Shown here: in pieces, positions 30,944 through 45,000 of the stretch
Position numbering within the stretch: position 1 is the first letter of the stretch
How the letters are laid out: each line of letters opens with the position of its first letter
Assembly (NCBI GenBank): GCA_000934665.2
Contig: JYFJ02000741.1
Coordinates: forward strand, 1-64,000
From: Catajapyx aquilonaris
Taxonomy: Eukaryota
Reading direction: 5' to 3'
Length of the DNA stretch: 64,000 bases
Position numbers and translations under genes: made by a program
The notes under the pieces: generated by a model
What the model saw: only the letters and a program-made list of their open reading frames with translations
What the model was told of the DNA's origin: nothing
Databases searched by the model: none

Positions 30944-33900
30944 GACTTTCTTAATTATTATGATTTGTGTACTTTAGAGTTATTGTGTATGCAGCTGGTT
31001 CTGTACTTAAACTGTGGATAGAGATATTTTAGAAGAAAAAGAGTTTTTAATGATGTTATTGCTTTCCGGCTTCAAAGTGAAGTGATGGTTATAAGAGTGT
31101 GAAATATAATTGGGTCACTTGTGCCAAAAAAAAAGTGGCAATGGACTAGTCTAAGGTGCACAAAGTTAAGTTTGTATCATGCCATTAAGCATATGTAAAA
31201 AGGTTATAGTATTGAGCGTAGGGTACTGTACTTTTAAGACATTGTTAGATCAGATAGGGTTACGAGTCCACCACATGGAAAGACTTGCAGAGTAATATTT
31301 TGTGCGAGAGTAAAAGTATGGTATATTTTACTGAGATTAAGTCTCTTGGATGTCTGACTAAACAAAGACTGATGCAGCTTCACTGCAATGCAACATCATG
31401 AAACAGAGTCAACGTGCTGAATTCAAGGGGTGTGCTTAAAGTGTGGACCACTTACGTACGTGACAGACAATCTTGGAAGTAGTGAGATATGCGTAAGGTT
31501 GAAGTCACTTCCATGAATTACAAGACTTTTCTTTGTGCACCTGTATGAATTACTGCCAAATGTCTGGCAATTGTTTTTTTTTTTCTTTGTGGTTCCTATT
31601 CACACTTCTACTAATCAAAAGAGGGTCTGCTGTACTTTGATATTGTCAGTTGATCAATAACAAGAATAATTAATGTTTACAAGTTTTTTCAAAAACCCCG
31701 TTGCCACCGCCAACAATTTTCGCCCTGGATTAACTCCAGGGATTGCAGTGTAAAGTTTCGCTTTGCCAATCTCACGAAATGTTTTTCCTGACAGGGAAGA
31801 AACTTTGCTCTTAAAGGTAAGCTTTAAACAAAAATTCTACTTTGCCTTTCACCAACATCGTCCAGTTTCCCCTCTTCCAAGCCAGGTCTGCCTCCTACCA
31901 ACTTTTTTTTCTTCCTTTGAAATGGTGGAACGTTTTTGCTAAAAAAAAAAAAGGATGGGGGTGAAACTTGTTTTATTAGAAGGTCTCATTACTAGGGGAA
32001 AAATGTCAGAGAGAGAGAGGTGGGTAACAGGCAATGGGATTTTAATGGAAGTCTTGTCTCGAGGGTGGCTTCAAAGGGATGCTCCCAGAAACTTCCTTTG
32101 TGCTCCCTAATTCTCATCTGTATTAAGGCCAACCCCCCTCTGCCCCTCCAAAAAAAGATGGAAGAAGGAAAAAAAATCGCTTTCCTATCATTTAATTCAG
32201 TCACATTCTTTGTCAAGTTGTGACATCTTGGGGACAAGTGAATGAGAATTTGGTGTAGGGCCTACCTCATTATGTCTTAGGAAATTGTTTCATTTTTGAA
32301 GTCCAAGGTACTAGTGATGAAGTGAGGGATTGTTTACCCAGCAAGTAATGAGGGGTACATTCGAATGTGACTGTCAACTGAAGGAGTCAAATGCGACAGT
32401 TGTATTTACATCCCGCTGCACTTGTTGAGTGGAGCATGTATGGTCTTATCTAGTGCAATATGTGTGCTCCAACAGGAAGGACTGTCGAAGCTGTCGAAGC
32501 TGTCGATGCAGGTAAAGTGGCTTTGTCACATTCCAGTTGAACTAATTATTGCCTATATAAGTGTAATTACCCTTGTTTGGTAGGTTGCTAAATAAGGCAG
32601 TTTTGTTGTTTAGGCTGCAGGTCTCCCCCATGGGACCCTGTAGAACTGGTTGATACTTTTCAAAGGAAGTGTTTGCAGGGGTGGCCAATGGCAACTTAGG
32701 GGAACACAAAAAAGAGACCCCTGCTGCAAACTAATGCGCCCCAATTGGCCCATATAATGCTTTTAGCAGGGATTTTATGCTCGCAAGGGCAACCACTGTG
32801 GTGTGGTTACAATGTGACAACCCAGGTTCCTTTTTTTTTGCCATCCTGTCTTCAACATACTGATGATGCAGGGCTACTACGCTGTAGTGTAGCATGGGCT
32901 ACTCATGACATACACTTTATCATAATATGTGATTTGCACAACAAGTGAGCCATAAACATTGAGCAATAAGAAATGCCTGTTGTACAGTAATTCGAAATGA
33001 AATTGTCTCCCTCATCAGTTTCAATTAGCACTGGTAAAATATGAGGATGCAATGGCAACAATTTTGCATTGATGTGTGAGAGCGTATCGTGACAGTAAAT
33101 TATAAACTATGATGGATTGCACGGGATAGGCCGCCAAACGGGTCCGTATGGAGTTAGGTTAACATTATTGTTTGATGGGTGCTGTGGTTCCTGTGCTTTT
33201 AAACAACATGTTGGTTTTTAGTGAATCTGCTTGTGACATGCACAGTTTGTGCATGGTACTCAATAAAACCCTCGCTCGTTGGTACTGCTGTCCGAAAACT
33301 GGTATGCCAATGTACCATAGTCGGTGTATAGAGAACTGATGTATGGAATGTGTGCATGAGCACCAGCATGTTATTTATGTACACGTGCCACTTATTTATA
33401 ATTAGTTTTTAGTGTTGATTAGATGCGACAATGAATTTGCCAGGCGCATTTTAGCGTTTGTTATCTCTCACAAACCAGGTCATGAAGGCACTATCGCAAA
33501 CTATTTTCCATATTAATGATTACTTTTGTACACTTCATTAGACGTTCTGATTTTAAGGTGAATTTAAGCAGTTCGTACAATAAGGATACAGTTTGATCAA
33601 ATCGAAAATACGAATGAAAAACTTCATTCAAAATCATACGATTTGTTGAAAATGTCAAATACAAACTGCAGCTCTTCATAATATGTAATCCACTTGTATT
33701 AATGTGATATTAATGACATTATTTCAGGCCTCTTTGTTGCAAGCTAATTTTCATGACAGCCTCGGCACTGTTTTGCATACCAGTACATGCCTGTACGTGC
33801 TTTGCCACCAAAAAAACATCATCAATTCCATGCTTCAAGTACATGCTACCACGTTGAGGGTACAAAATTGTTATGATCAGTGATACATAGGTACGGAGTG

Positions 33901-35295
33901 CCTGTGAACTTCAAAGGGACAAAAAATGTTTGCTATCCCTGCAATACAATTTTGCCTCATAAAAACATAATTACATTTATTAGCGCTTTAAAAGTGATGC
34001 TTACTTGCCATATCCCTGCGTGGCCGACTGTCACAGACCCTCCATTAATTAATAATTATGAGCGCATATTTTATTTTATTTTTAATGGTCTAAATGAAAT
34101 TACTGGACTATATACAGAGTGGCGGTAAGGTCATCATAGGCTAGAATTAAGGTGTGTTACAACTGTAGGTCTGTCTTCATCATAATTACCGCCGACTATG
34201 TTTCACACTGTTGGCGTAAATAATTAGCCGTTTTTTCGTATAACTCCACATTGTTAAACACATACGCTCAACAAATGTCAAATCCTGTATATTACTCCAT
34301 ATCGACAAAAAAAAATCACACACTGTTAAAACGTGTGGTTTTACCACCTGACGGGAGGGCTGTCATGTGCTGCAAGCAGTTGTTTAATTGCGTCATGGCA
34401 TGCGCGCTAATTCCTCAATATTAGTGTCAATTATTTTAAAATTGCACGACCGCTTCCGGAATGTGTTTGATGAGAATTCGCTTGTTCAGGTGCACTCATA
34501 GTCCAATCAGGTCCTGATGCATTCGTACATAACTATTTTAGAAGAATTCTAAGTAATTAAAATATTTTACTAGTAGCTAACGGCTGATATTTTTCCACGG
34601 TCAATATTTCACGGTTGGACGTTAACTAGAACGAAATGTAAAATGTGGCGCCCCCTTGGTTAATGAAGGTAATTAATTGTTTGCACCGGGCATGCCTAAT
34701 GGAGACTAATTACATTCATGGGTGTTCGGATTAAATAAAAAGAGGTTCCACTGCTTGACTTAATATCCCAACCCAGCTTTCCTCCTTGCAACCTTATTTC
34801 CTCAGCCTCCCTCCCTCCTCATCCTACCACATTTCCGTCTAATTATCCCAACTTGCTTCAAGTAAGAAGGTTCCCGGAAAGCCCGAAGTTCGTTCCCTCC
34901 TAACCCATGATGCTGGAGAAACAGCACAGTTGCCTTGATTTATTGTTGGGCGAGATGGGTCTCCCGCAATGCCTCCGGACCCTGGACCTGTGTTTTTGTC
35001 TATAGGGTTTCTCTGCACGAATATTATTGGGAGAAGCGGAGGTTTCCGGAGGCGGTAGGCTCTTCTCTCTCTGGCGTCATGTCCGGTGGCAGTGGCAAAT
35101 CAAATGGGCTGTCTCTGCTGTTTAGCCGCATTCGCTCGAAAGATGTCCCCGCCGGACCAGATGCCAACCCTCACGATGTTTCAAGTCAACATGTGGTCTC
35201 AAAACCGGAGGATTGGTTTTCTCTATACTGTATACAGTACAGTACGATAATGGTTAGCAAATATTTGGCACGAATCTGCTTGTTATTAAGCAGTA

Positions 35296-36045
35296 CAGTG
35301 AAACCTGTCTATGTTGGACAAGGATGGTTCCAAGGAAAATGTCCAACATACTATAGGATTTCATTATCTCGGATTTCACAATGCAGTACAGTAATCAATT
35401 TCCAAGCATGTTTTCTTATTTTCAGTATACATGAGAGCACAGTGTACATGCAATTTCTGAAACTGGCCTACTTTTTGTTTCATAAATCGCTAACAAGTGC
35501 TTTAAATAAGAAAAATGTTAATTTCCTTTCGGGCAGCAAAAATGTTGTCAATAAGAGTGGCATGCCAAAGCATAAAGTTCTAATTTTTAACGCACTAAAG
35601 GGCATACCGAGGAGAGGGTTTTTTTATCGTAATGACTAGGTTTTACAACATCTTCATCTTCTGATGATTTACTTGTGTATCCTGCAACACCTGCTTCAGC
35701 ATCTCCTCTGCATTGCGACCATATTCATCCTCCGTTGTCAGGATGTTGTCATGCAGTTGACAAAATAATGACAATGTCACTTGAACCCATGAAGGCATGT
35801 TTTACAAAAATGTACTGTATGTAGAGCTCAGTATGGCTCAAGTTTTTATTTGGAGGGGAAACGAGAATACATGTAGATTAAATGTGAAAATTGTGCTTCA
35901 CTTGTCCTACTTAATAGGGAAAAAAGTGTCCAACTTCCGAGTTAGACAGGTGTCCAACTTAGCAACATTGCAAGGGATAGGCGTTTTGACTGTTCCAAAA
36001 GTAATGTCCAACATAGGGAGGTATCCAACTTGACAGGTTTCACTG
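35296..36045. mobile_element. pogo/Tigger-like non-autonomous DNA transposon (MITE), 750 bp
   Basis: 14-bp perfect TIR CAGTGAAACCTGTC / GACAGGTTTCACTG, extending imperfectly through GTTGGA. TA on the left, TT on the right. Subterminal TGTCCAAC repeats. Confidence 0.85.
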
Positions 36046-39000
36046 TTGTTATTGAACATATTAGCTGCTATTGTGTCCAAGACTATTTCGCAGGTGGAAT
36101 ATGTTACTAAGAGCCTACAACACTACATTTTCTCGTGCCGATATATAAATGTCAAGTCAGTTTTCTGTTAAATAAATTTTTAAGAAAAGTATTCCAATAG
36201 GAATCTATTCTGGGAACCAAACCTTCATTTTAGTAGGATTATTATTTTACATGCTGGTCGCGCAAAAAATATATCCTTGATCCACTTTATACAGGATGCA
36301 TTTACAGCAGAGGCTTATATCATGAACTGTTAGGCATGGTTAGGCAAGTAATTTAATTACCTGGTCTCAGCTGCTGCAGAAAGTGTAATCCCATGAAATA
36401 CTGTAATCACCGTAACTTTGTAAGTAGTATAAGCAGGATATATGATCGACTTTAACCGGCTTAAGTTTACATGGTACCATTTCACCCTGCATGAGCAATA
36501 TGTTAATCAGCAGCTGCGAGCACAATGTATTTTAAATATATTTCGCTCATATTTTTAAAGCATTTACCTCTTCTTATCTAACTATGATGATTAACATTTT
36601 TGCAAAATTATTATCAATTCATATTAATGTTAATTAGCGATTCTGAAATGAATTAGTCTGTCATCTCCACAGCCTCGTTACTGAGACAATATACAGTATT
36701 CGCATTATGAATAAAAAAACTCTTCGAGATTTCACCTTTAAAGATTTTCTAGTTGCATTATGACACACCCTACTGTATCCTCTATAGTAGCCATGTCACA
36801 ATGGAATCATCTACTTGTCTAGGAAATTTAATAACAAGATGAAAAGGACCACAGAATTGCAGGGCATGTCGAACATTGATAGGCTTTATTGTGCAGCGGT
36901 TTTGTTCAACGAGCCCAATACGGACAACACTATGTCGCCATCTACAGTTCTATTTATTGCATGGATTTTTTCATAACAATCATGTGGAGATATCTGGCAG
37001 ATCCATACGCCCATTATTCGCATACTGTAGTAACCACTGGAGGAAATCTATTCTGACATGAGTGCTTCTCTGGGTAATCAGTGTATTGTTTCCCCGCAGC
37101 CATGACGTTGATAGGTGGGTCTGGAGCAATATGCGCTCATTCGTGCAGTTCCCAAATTAACTGCGGGCCTGATGCACGCATGAGTGAATTGTCCGCAGAT
37201 AATTCATCTATGCAACTTCTCTATATATCCTAGCAAAAGGCACCGGATTCACTAAATATTTCTGACTCGACCCATCATGAATCGAAGCAGTCCCATTTGA
37301 GCTCTGTTTAAACCCAACCCGAAACCGAAACAGCTCTCCCTCAAATGGGTTATAAACCCGCAAGCACCCCACTCAGGTAATCGAATTGTTAATTACCCAA
37401 TGCCATGAATATCTCCAGTTCTTATTAGTGTGCCTGTAATCTCGCAATGACTGAAGGCGTTAATATCACGCCCAAAATTTGCAACCCAGCAGGTTACGAG
37501 TATAGATTCAATATAGTCCCCCCTGCCATTGTAAATAATCCTGTATGCTGCTGTAGTGTCCACAGGTCGATACCAGGATCCGATACCAGGATTGGTCTTG
37601 AGACCAGTCCAAAATCCCATATCTATATTCTCCCGGGCCTCGACTCTATCGCTCGAAACTAATTTTCCGGCGATTAGGACGCATTCGTCATTAGAAAATT
37701 GATTTCGAGGAAGGAGGCCTTTGCAGCAGCAGCAGCATCAAATAATCCTGGTCTCCGGCCATTAAGAAGACGTCTTGTTCCTATTGCTGCGAAGGGGCAG
37801 TGTACTATACGAATCAAGCCGTCTTCTTGAGAGGACCTGGAATCGATTCTAGGGAGGATTTATCGCGCCAATTTGCCGGAATAAAGCTTCACGAGGCAAG
37901 TAGGGGCAGTAGTAATATTGCGATGGAAGTACATCGTCCGACTTGAAAGGCCACTTTGCTCAGTATTAAGTCATTCGAGTCATAAGACACACTTAAAACC
38001 GGATAAAAAATTCCATTACTCTCGATATCAAATCATACTGAAAATTTTGATTGCTTCTTAAAACTGGCTCGTTAATACCGGATTTTGGGAAGTAAACAAT
38101 TTATTGTCAGCTCAGAATTTTGCTGTCGAAATGTCGCGAATTTTTTGGGGGGTCGCCACACCCTCCCTTTTTGATTTCACCGCAATTTCAGTCAAGTTCT
38201 GGTTCTGTTTACGATCATGGACGGTCGGAATCAGGTCTTTTATCTGCACATTTGCAACCTGTAAAAGGGGGGTTTGAACGCGTGTGCCATAAATGCTAGA
38301 TGTGTGTAACCATTTGCTAGATTTTAGGCCGGTAATTATGAACTGAGACCACCGAACAAATTCGATTGTGCAGTTAGATTACCAGCAAGTCTCATGCTGT
38401 GGAAACTTACAAACGTGAGCGTGATTATTTCCAACTTGCAGGCATAAACGTGTCGTATTTCCCACCGGCAGACATGAAACCTGACGTATTTCCAACTTCC
38501 CAGCTTATTTCAAGTGGCAGACTCGAAAATTAGCGCGTTTGAATCAAGTTACATGGTGATGCAATGCTGACTGGATATACGACCCGATTCGATCTCGGTG
38601 CGGATAATGAGACGCACATGTACTTTTTCTTCTTCTTCTTAACTCTGTAGAGAAGACGCAAGCCCTAAGGGCCACGTGAAACCCTGCGCCGTCTTAAATT
38701 CCAAGGCATACAAAAGAAAATCGGAGGGGATTTCCCTGCTCTAAGCCCTTCCTGTCTAGGAGGAAACTAACGGCAGCTTTACTTAATTCTGAAGCGAACA
38801 ATGCGAGCATGGAACTCATCTTCTTGGGAGTTTGGAAGCTTTCTGTATCTCTCCCTCAGGCAAGTGCGTATATCTCATATACGCCAGATATTGTAGGAGT
38901 GTTGGGTGACTCTAATGGAGTAAGTGAAACTCCCCTTAATTTCATTTAAGAAACTTTTTCAGGCTTAGTGATATCCGGTCGAATATGCGCAACTTTAATG

Positions 39001-41901
39001 GTTTACATCGTATATAACTCTGCATAGCAATGCAAGTAGAAATGTATGGCTCTTGCTGAGTTGTTTTCCAGGAAGGCAAGCAGGTGAGTCGAATCAGGTA
39101 GAAATCTGCAGGCTCGGAAACTCTATTAATGAGAGGAGAGAGTGGGTGAAAAATACTGCACTTTGATCGGGAACATCCAGAAAATGCACTCTGATGGGGC
39201 TTGGCTACACGTTATTTCCAACTCACGGCTCAGTTTGAAAAAAGCGAAAATTTACCTGTATTTGCATTTCTGTTGGACGTATTTAGTGAATCGGGCTGGC
39301 CTATACTCTAATGGCATGTTGCATAAATAATATTGAGCTTGAAACATATTTTTTTGCTTAGACTCAGGCGCGTGCGTATATCATTCGAATATTTTTTTTA
39401 AAAATGTAGAGTCTACAGAATGGAAAATCAACATAGGTGACCGGGTGTTTGGATGTTGGGGAGTGAAATTTAGCAATGTGCAGAGAACGGGGGGCTCTGC
39501 AGGAATTTGGAATGAGGCCCTGCTAATGAGACTGCATTGCATTAACGAAAGCATGGTGGTGGGATCGGCAGCGGAACAATATTATGCCATATTTGGAAAC
39601 AGTGAATACGTAATTGCGGTTGCATTCTGTTCTTTCAAAGAGAACTATTTTTTTAGTAATGTGATGTGGAAAAAAAGAGCGAGAGATATGACACTCTCTA
39701 AAAGCGACTATTCAGGTATTTGGAAATTAAGCGAAACAGTTCAAGTCAATTTCTAGCTAAATAAATGGAAAAGGAATTTAAAGTGGAACTGCTATTCACA
39801 TAAATAAGTCAGTCTTCAGGTGCAAATTAAATAAATAAATAAATGGTGAAATAAACGTACGATTATTTTCATTACTTTAAATTAGTTACAATGTTTGCAT
39901 AACTTACTATCTGTTTTATTTCATTTTTTTACTTTTCAAAGAATCGAGGTAGACACAATGCGATGTATCATAATATGTGGAGAGTGTACTGCAGTTTCCA
40001 GGTTAATTTACAAGCCGAGTTAATCTCCTCGCGAAACATTTCCTGGCTGGGGGCTAACTTCCCGAACAACCGCGTCCTAATTGCTACTGTGCGGCACATA
40101 TTTCAAGTTTTAATAAAACTCCCAGCCTTCACTTCTTATTGGAATTTCCCAGCCTGCATTCCGAAAATTCTCGCGTCTTTTTTAAGCTGCCTTGCCAGTT
40201 GACTTACACACTGCGGGGAAAAGAATTTCCTCATTTTTTTCATCCCCCCTTTCATCCCTTAGAGTGACGATTTGTTATCTGTCTTAATTTCGGACCGGTT
40301 TGATGACGAACGTATGCTGCGAAATGAAAAGTTACTGCTCCTAGTTTGGGTTGATATTACCCCTGTAACCGCACGGTTTGAAAGCCCTGCACGCAGCCCT
40401 AGCCTTTTATTTATTGCTTTTGTGTACCCGCACATAATGGCCAATTATTCACGCAAAAACCAACAGTCTGCCGGCATTTTTTCCAACTTGAGAGTAATCT
40501 GCTCTGGCATTGTCGTGACAAAAAAATATCGTCGCCATACATCGCGACCACCAAATGAGTACCAGTCTGTTGTCACTATTTTAACTCCCTCGCACTAAAA
40601 AGTAGCAATGTACACTTACGGCTTTAGACTATTATAGTAATCGATTAATTGAGTGTTGCTCGGTGTTTGCTTTAACTCCACGACAATAACCGAGCCCTTT
40701 TTTGTTGTAAGCAAAAAACAAACCGCATTTGAGAAGCTCCTTTGGGCTCGACTCCTTTGATGTTTCCATTTGTTTCACCGTTGGTGTTAGGAGGTGAGAA
40801 GAAGCGGAAGGAAGATCTTCCGCTCGGTTTCAAAAGGTATGAATACACCACCACGCTATTAAACCTCACCGTAATATGCATTTAAACGTGCGGTTGCAAT
40901 TACCATGCACTTTGTCGGTTCTTATTTATGGATAACCCGCAATATGACCCCCATTATAAAGTCATATCCCTGCCCCTTTAAGGGGCAATCCATTGCAGTT
41001 GCTTGAGTGAGGCTTACCTTATGAGTGCATCCTCCGCACTTACCATGTCCTCGTAAAGCGCCTGGGCCGTTGCTGCTATTTATTTATGCCATGTAGCTAG
41101 GCCTTGCCTGCAGTTGGGTTAGTTTTGGTGTGGGGGGAAAAGGATACTTTGATGGCGTTGGGGCGGGTAGAGTCGGCGGGGGTTAGTGGGAATGACTTCG
41201 TGGATAATTAACCGGGCCTGCCCCACGAGTTTGGGCCAATAAAGCTTCCACAGGATTCTGTTTGTGGCGAGGAATCCCTTTCGGAATCAGACCATGGACA
41301 TGTGATTGTGGGCTGATTCCTGCCAAGGCCTACGAAGTCCCCGTTGCAATCCGATTCTACCAGGTTTTTCCCCCGGAAATGGCGACATTTTGTGAAGGGT
41401 GTGTACCAGCCATCTTGTTTTATAGCGGTTAGTGACGGGATCTTCTGGCGTGGCAAGGCCCATCATACTCACCCTCCGATCATCCATGGAATCCGTTAAA
41501 GTGGATCATAAACCGTAGTGTCTCCCTTCCGATCCATCAGCACCTGAGGTGAGAGGCATAACCGAGGGTAGTGATCCTTTACTGGGGGTCTGTCGGTGGT
41601 CTCCAGCAGGATGTCTCGCTGGGGGGATGTGGGGTTCTGGGCGATGGCTGCCAGAGGACCCATTTCCATGGGCATTGGGCCTAGGAAGGATCGCTTATGT
41701 CGACGGAACCCCACCACCGCTTGCCCAGTTGTTAGCACGTTTTATTAGGGGAGCCATAGAGAAGCATCAGAATGGTCCTGATCTGTGGCTCAATCGAATT
41801 TATATTCATTACCAGTAATGTGTCGGCTGTCCACGTGTCTGTGATGATTTTATGATTTCGCTGATGTAACAGCACAGGCTGCTCTGCATGGGGATATACT
41901 C

Positions 41902-42017
41902 TAGTAAAACCTGGGAAGTTGGACACCCTCATACGTTAGGCACTTCCCTATATGTTGGACATTTCTTTTGGAACCGTTAGTATCCAACCTTGTGTCCAAC
42001 GTAAACAGGTTTCACTG
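41902..42017. mobile_element. Mini-copy (about 116 bp) of the same pogo/Tigger-like MITE family
   Basis: Ends TAGTAAAACCTGGGAAGTTGGACA and TGTCCAACGTAAACAGGTTTCACTG|TA. Internal TATGTTGGACATTTCTTTTGGAAC matches the subterminal sequence of 35296-36045 in reverse orientation. Confidence 0.75.
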
Positions 42018-45000
42018 TACTTTGAACATTGGAGAAGGTGGAATGCACTGTGTCATGGCAGCTAGTCATCACATTATTGAAAAATGTAGCCTAAGTGTAC
42101 CATTTTGTGCAAACTAAAGATGGTGCAAAATTATTTTCGGCAGTTCCAGGGCACATTGAGCAAACCGGTGAGTCAAGCCTGTCATGTAATAAAAACGAGA
42201 GAATATGGAATGTCATTAGTCTTATTACAGTACATAAAGACATTCCTTGAGTGAAGGCAGCAGAAGTTCTGCTCCGGTGTCGTTTGTACGCTTGTGAGTG
42301 GAGAGGTGCGGCGAACGTGTCTTTTTACTCTGCGTGATGTGTACTCTGGAGGAAGTCGACTTAAGACCGAGAAGAATGTTTGCATTATTAAGGGGACCCA
42401 TGGCAACGCTCCCTGTGTACGTCGTGAAATGGATGGGGTTATCATGCTCCCGATTTCCGGAGTCTTTCACTAACTTGAATCCCGTGATTCAGCAAATTAC
42501 TGTATGTACAACGTTTGTTGATGTGATACGGTGAGTGTATTAAGAGAAAATAGTAATTGCTTCATGGAGCGAGGAACTCTGCCAGGCTGGCAACCATGAG
42601 CCGAATTTAATTTAATGGATAAGGTTATGTTTTGGTCCTTTACCAAAAGAGCCGCGAGCAATTTTCCGCAATACGGCAGTGTCGGTTGATGCAAAATCAC
42701 AAACGAGTACACGGAATGTTATTGTACGACATTGCTACAATACCATCATGCTATTGATTCTTTGATGAGAGCCCGCTTCTTCCAAGTCTTGGTGATCTTA
42801 AGTGTGCAGCTGAATCGGCTATTATACATACTCCGCTTAACTTTTTTCCTGCATTTTTTTCCACCTCAGAGGCTTACAAAAGTACTGGACCGAATTTACA
42901 TAATGCCTTGAATCTAGAAAGTATACTGTGTTAATAACTTTTGTGTAACTTTTTCTTAATTAAAAAACTACTCCCACATAATACCTAACTCTTGTGGAAG
43001 CAAAGATAATATTTTTGTTCGCTTGTATGGAGAAAGACGTGTCCATGCATGAGTAAATTTGCAATGAACTTGTAGGCAGGTACTATCAATGTGAATGTTT
43101 GAAGACGACGTACTACAGTAAAAGCGTGGTATTGACAGGTCAGTTTTTTTGCTCTTCGCTTCTCGCTTTCCATACGCTGAATTGTCCCGACGCCAGAAGT
43201 GTCCAGCTGACAAAAATGTCCCGAATTTTTTTCTAGTTTGCGCTGAAGTGTCCCCCTCTAACTACAAGCCGAGGGAATATTTAGCGCATCCTACTGGACA
43301 CCCCGATCGAACCAGTTTTGCAGCCCAGACCAAAATGTCAGGCCCGTGTCAACCATTGTGTTTTTCAGGCCTGGGCTACACATTACACATGAAGAGCCGC
43401 CTCAAAAGCGCAAAACAACGGGGGTTAATTCTGTCGCCAATGTTTGTCCAAAAAAGTAAGACGCCCTGTATTAAAATAGGCGCATAAACAAACAGGCCGG
43501 CCATTTGTAAAAGGGCTGTAATGAAACAGTGGCCCCCGTTTGTTGCATATCTGTGATGTATACTGTACGCAGCAAAAGTTGAGGCATGAAGTTTCCTGGC
43601 TTCACACAGCGTGTGCCCAAAACATTCACCGCTGTAAAACAGGGAAATGGATGCTTTAAAACTCTTGTCATATTGCGGGCAATCTGTTTATAAACACCAT
43701 TATCGCTAATCTCCATTTGCTGGACTGGAAAACCGGGTTTGATAGAGCCCTGACATTAATCGACTCTGATAAATACAAATAGGTGCAATAAACAGGCCTT
43801 CTTTTTTTACTTGCGATTCAGGGCAATGACCACGGGGTCGCAGCATATTTTAGCGTTGCGGTAACGCGGTTTGTTGTACAGTACTGCGTCTTTCTCCCCC
43901 ATCTTTGAGGCCTTTGAAAAGCCGGACGCGTCCTATTCCATTAGGCCGACGGCAAATGGCGCAACTTGCAGACTAATCGCATTAGAACTAACTTCTTGCC
44001 TTGGAACCGGGGATATCTTGTGACCTCGTGAGCTCCATAGTTAATTTGGCGAGGAATCTTTCACCACTTGAACAATGCAGGCGCTCTAAGCCTCCGCGGT
44101 TTTCTTTCACATTTCGGCAACATTTGGCACAAATGTTGCGAAAACCCTGATCTGTACAGTAATTAAGCTGGGGGTATGACTTGTCCAGCTTGTTGGGAAA
44201 TTTTCGTGCACGGTTGTTGCAGACTAATTTTTATAAAACAGTTGGTGCTCCAATAGTCCGCAGTTTTTATGCGGTACATTTCGGAATAATTGAACCGTTG
44301 GTGTACCGTGTATGTGTCCAGAATGCATGTGTTGAGTTGAACAAAAAATGTCAGAGTTGTCAGAACTTGCCAACCATAAAAACTTCTGAAATTATTTTGA
44401 GTGAGTTTCGCCACATCTGAAGACCTGAAATGCACGATAATTTTGAGATGGGAGAGTTTGGAGATTGCAAGCACCGTGAAGCTTTAAATCCAGTGCAATG
44501 CACCAAGTTGCTGTACTATATCAAGTGGTCATACCCTTCCACCCACAGTCTGCATGCAAATTTCGGGATGCAATGCGACCCACGTGGCGCAAGCAAGCGA
44601 CCAGAAACTCTGGCAACAAACAGTTCATCAGGAGGGGAACAGTATTGAGGCAATTGTATGTCATTTCCCAGCACTGAAAAGCAGGCGCCAATTGTGAAGT
44701 TTCTGTACTTGAGGGGAGGGGTGGGGGATCGGGGAGAAAATTACATAAAGCGTTCTCCAGCTTTAATCATGGCAGTCTGCACTGATCCCCGGAAGCCTTA
44801 TTACGTTGTACGCCAGCCAAGTTAATTAGACAGCGCAGAATTACGCTGCTAATTATCTTGAAGTATTTACTCCTTGGGCTTGGACGTTTTATTTACGCTG
44901 GGAAGTGTCCTTGAGACAAATGTTACGTGTTGGGTGGGTTTCTCCTAGGGCTCATATTCTAGGCGGGGGTCCTAAGCTACTCGCACTCTGCCAGTACTAG

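Noticed and set aside
32482..32507. (CTGTCGAAG) x3 short tandem repeat
   Set aside because: Ordinary slippage duplication; no spacers, not CRISPR-like.
34935..35639. Longest ORF in the track (234 aa)
   Set aside because: Starts at TTG, shows no recognisable domain, and runs across the MITE boundary at 35296; likely a chance ORF.
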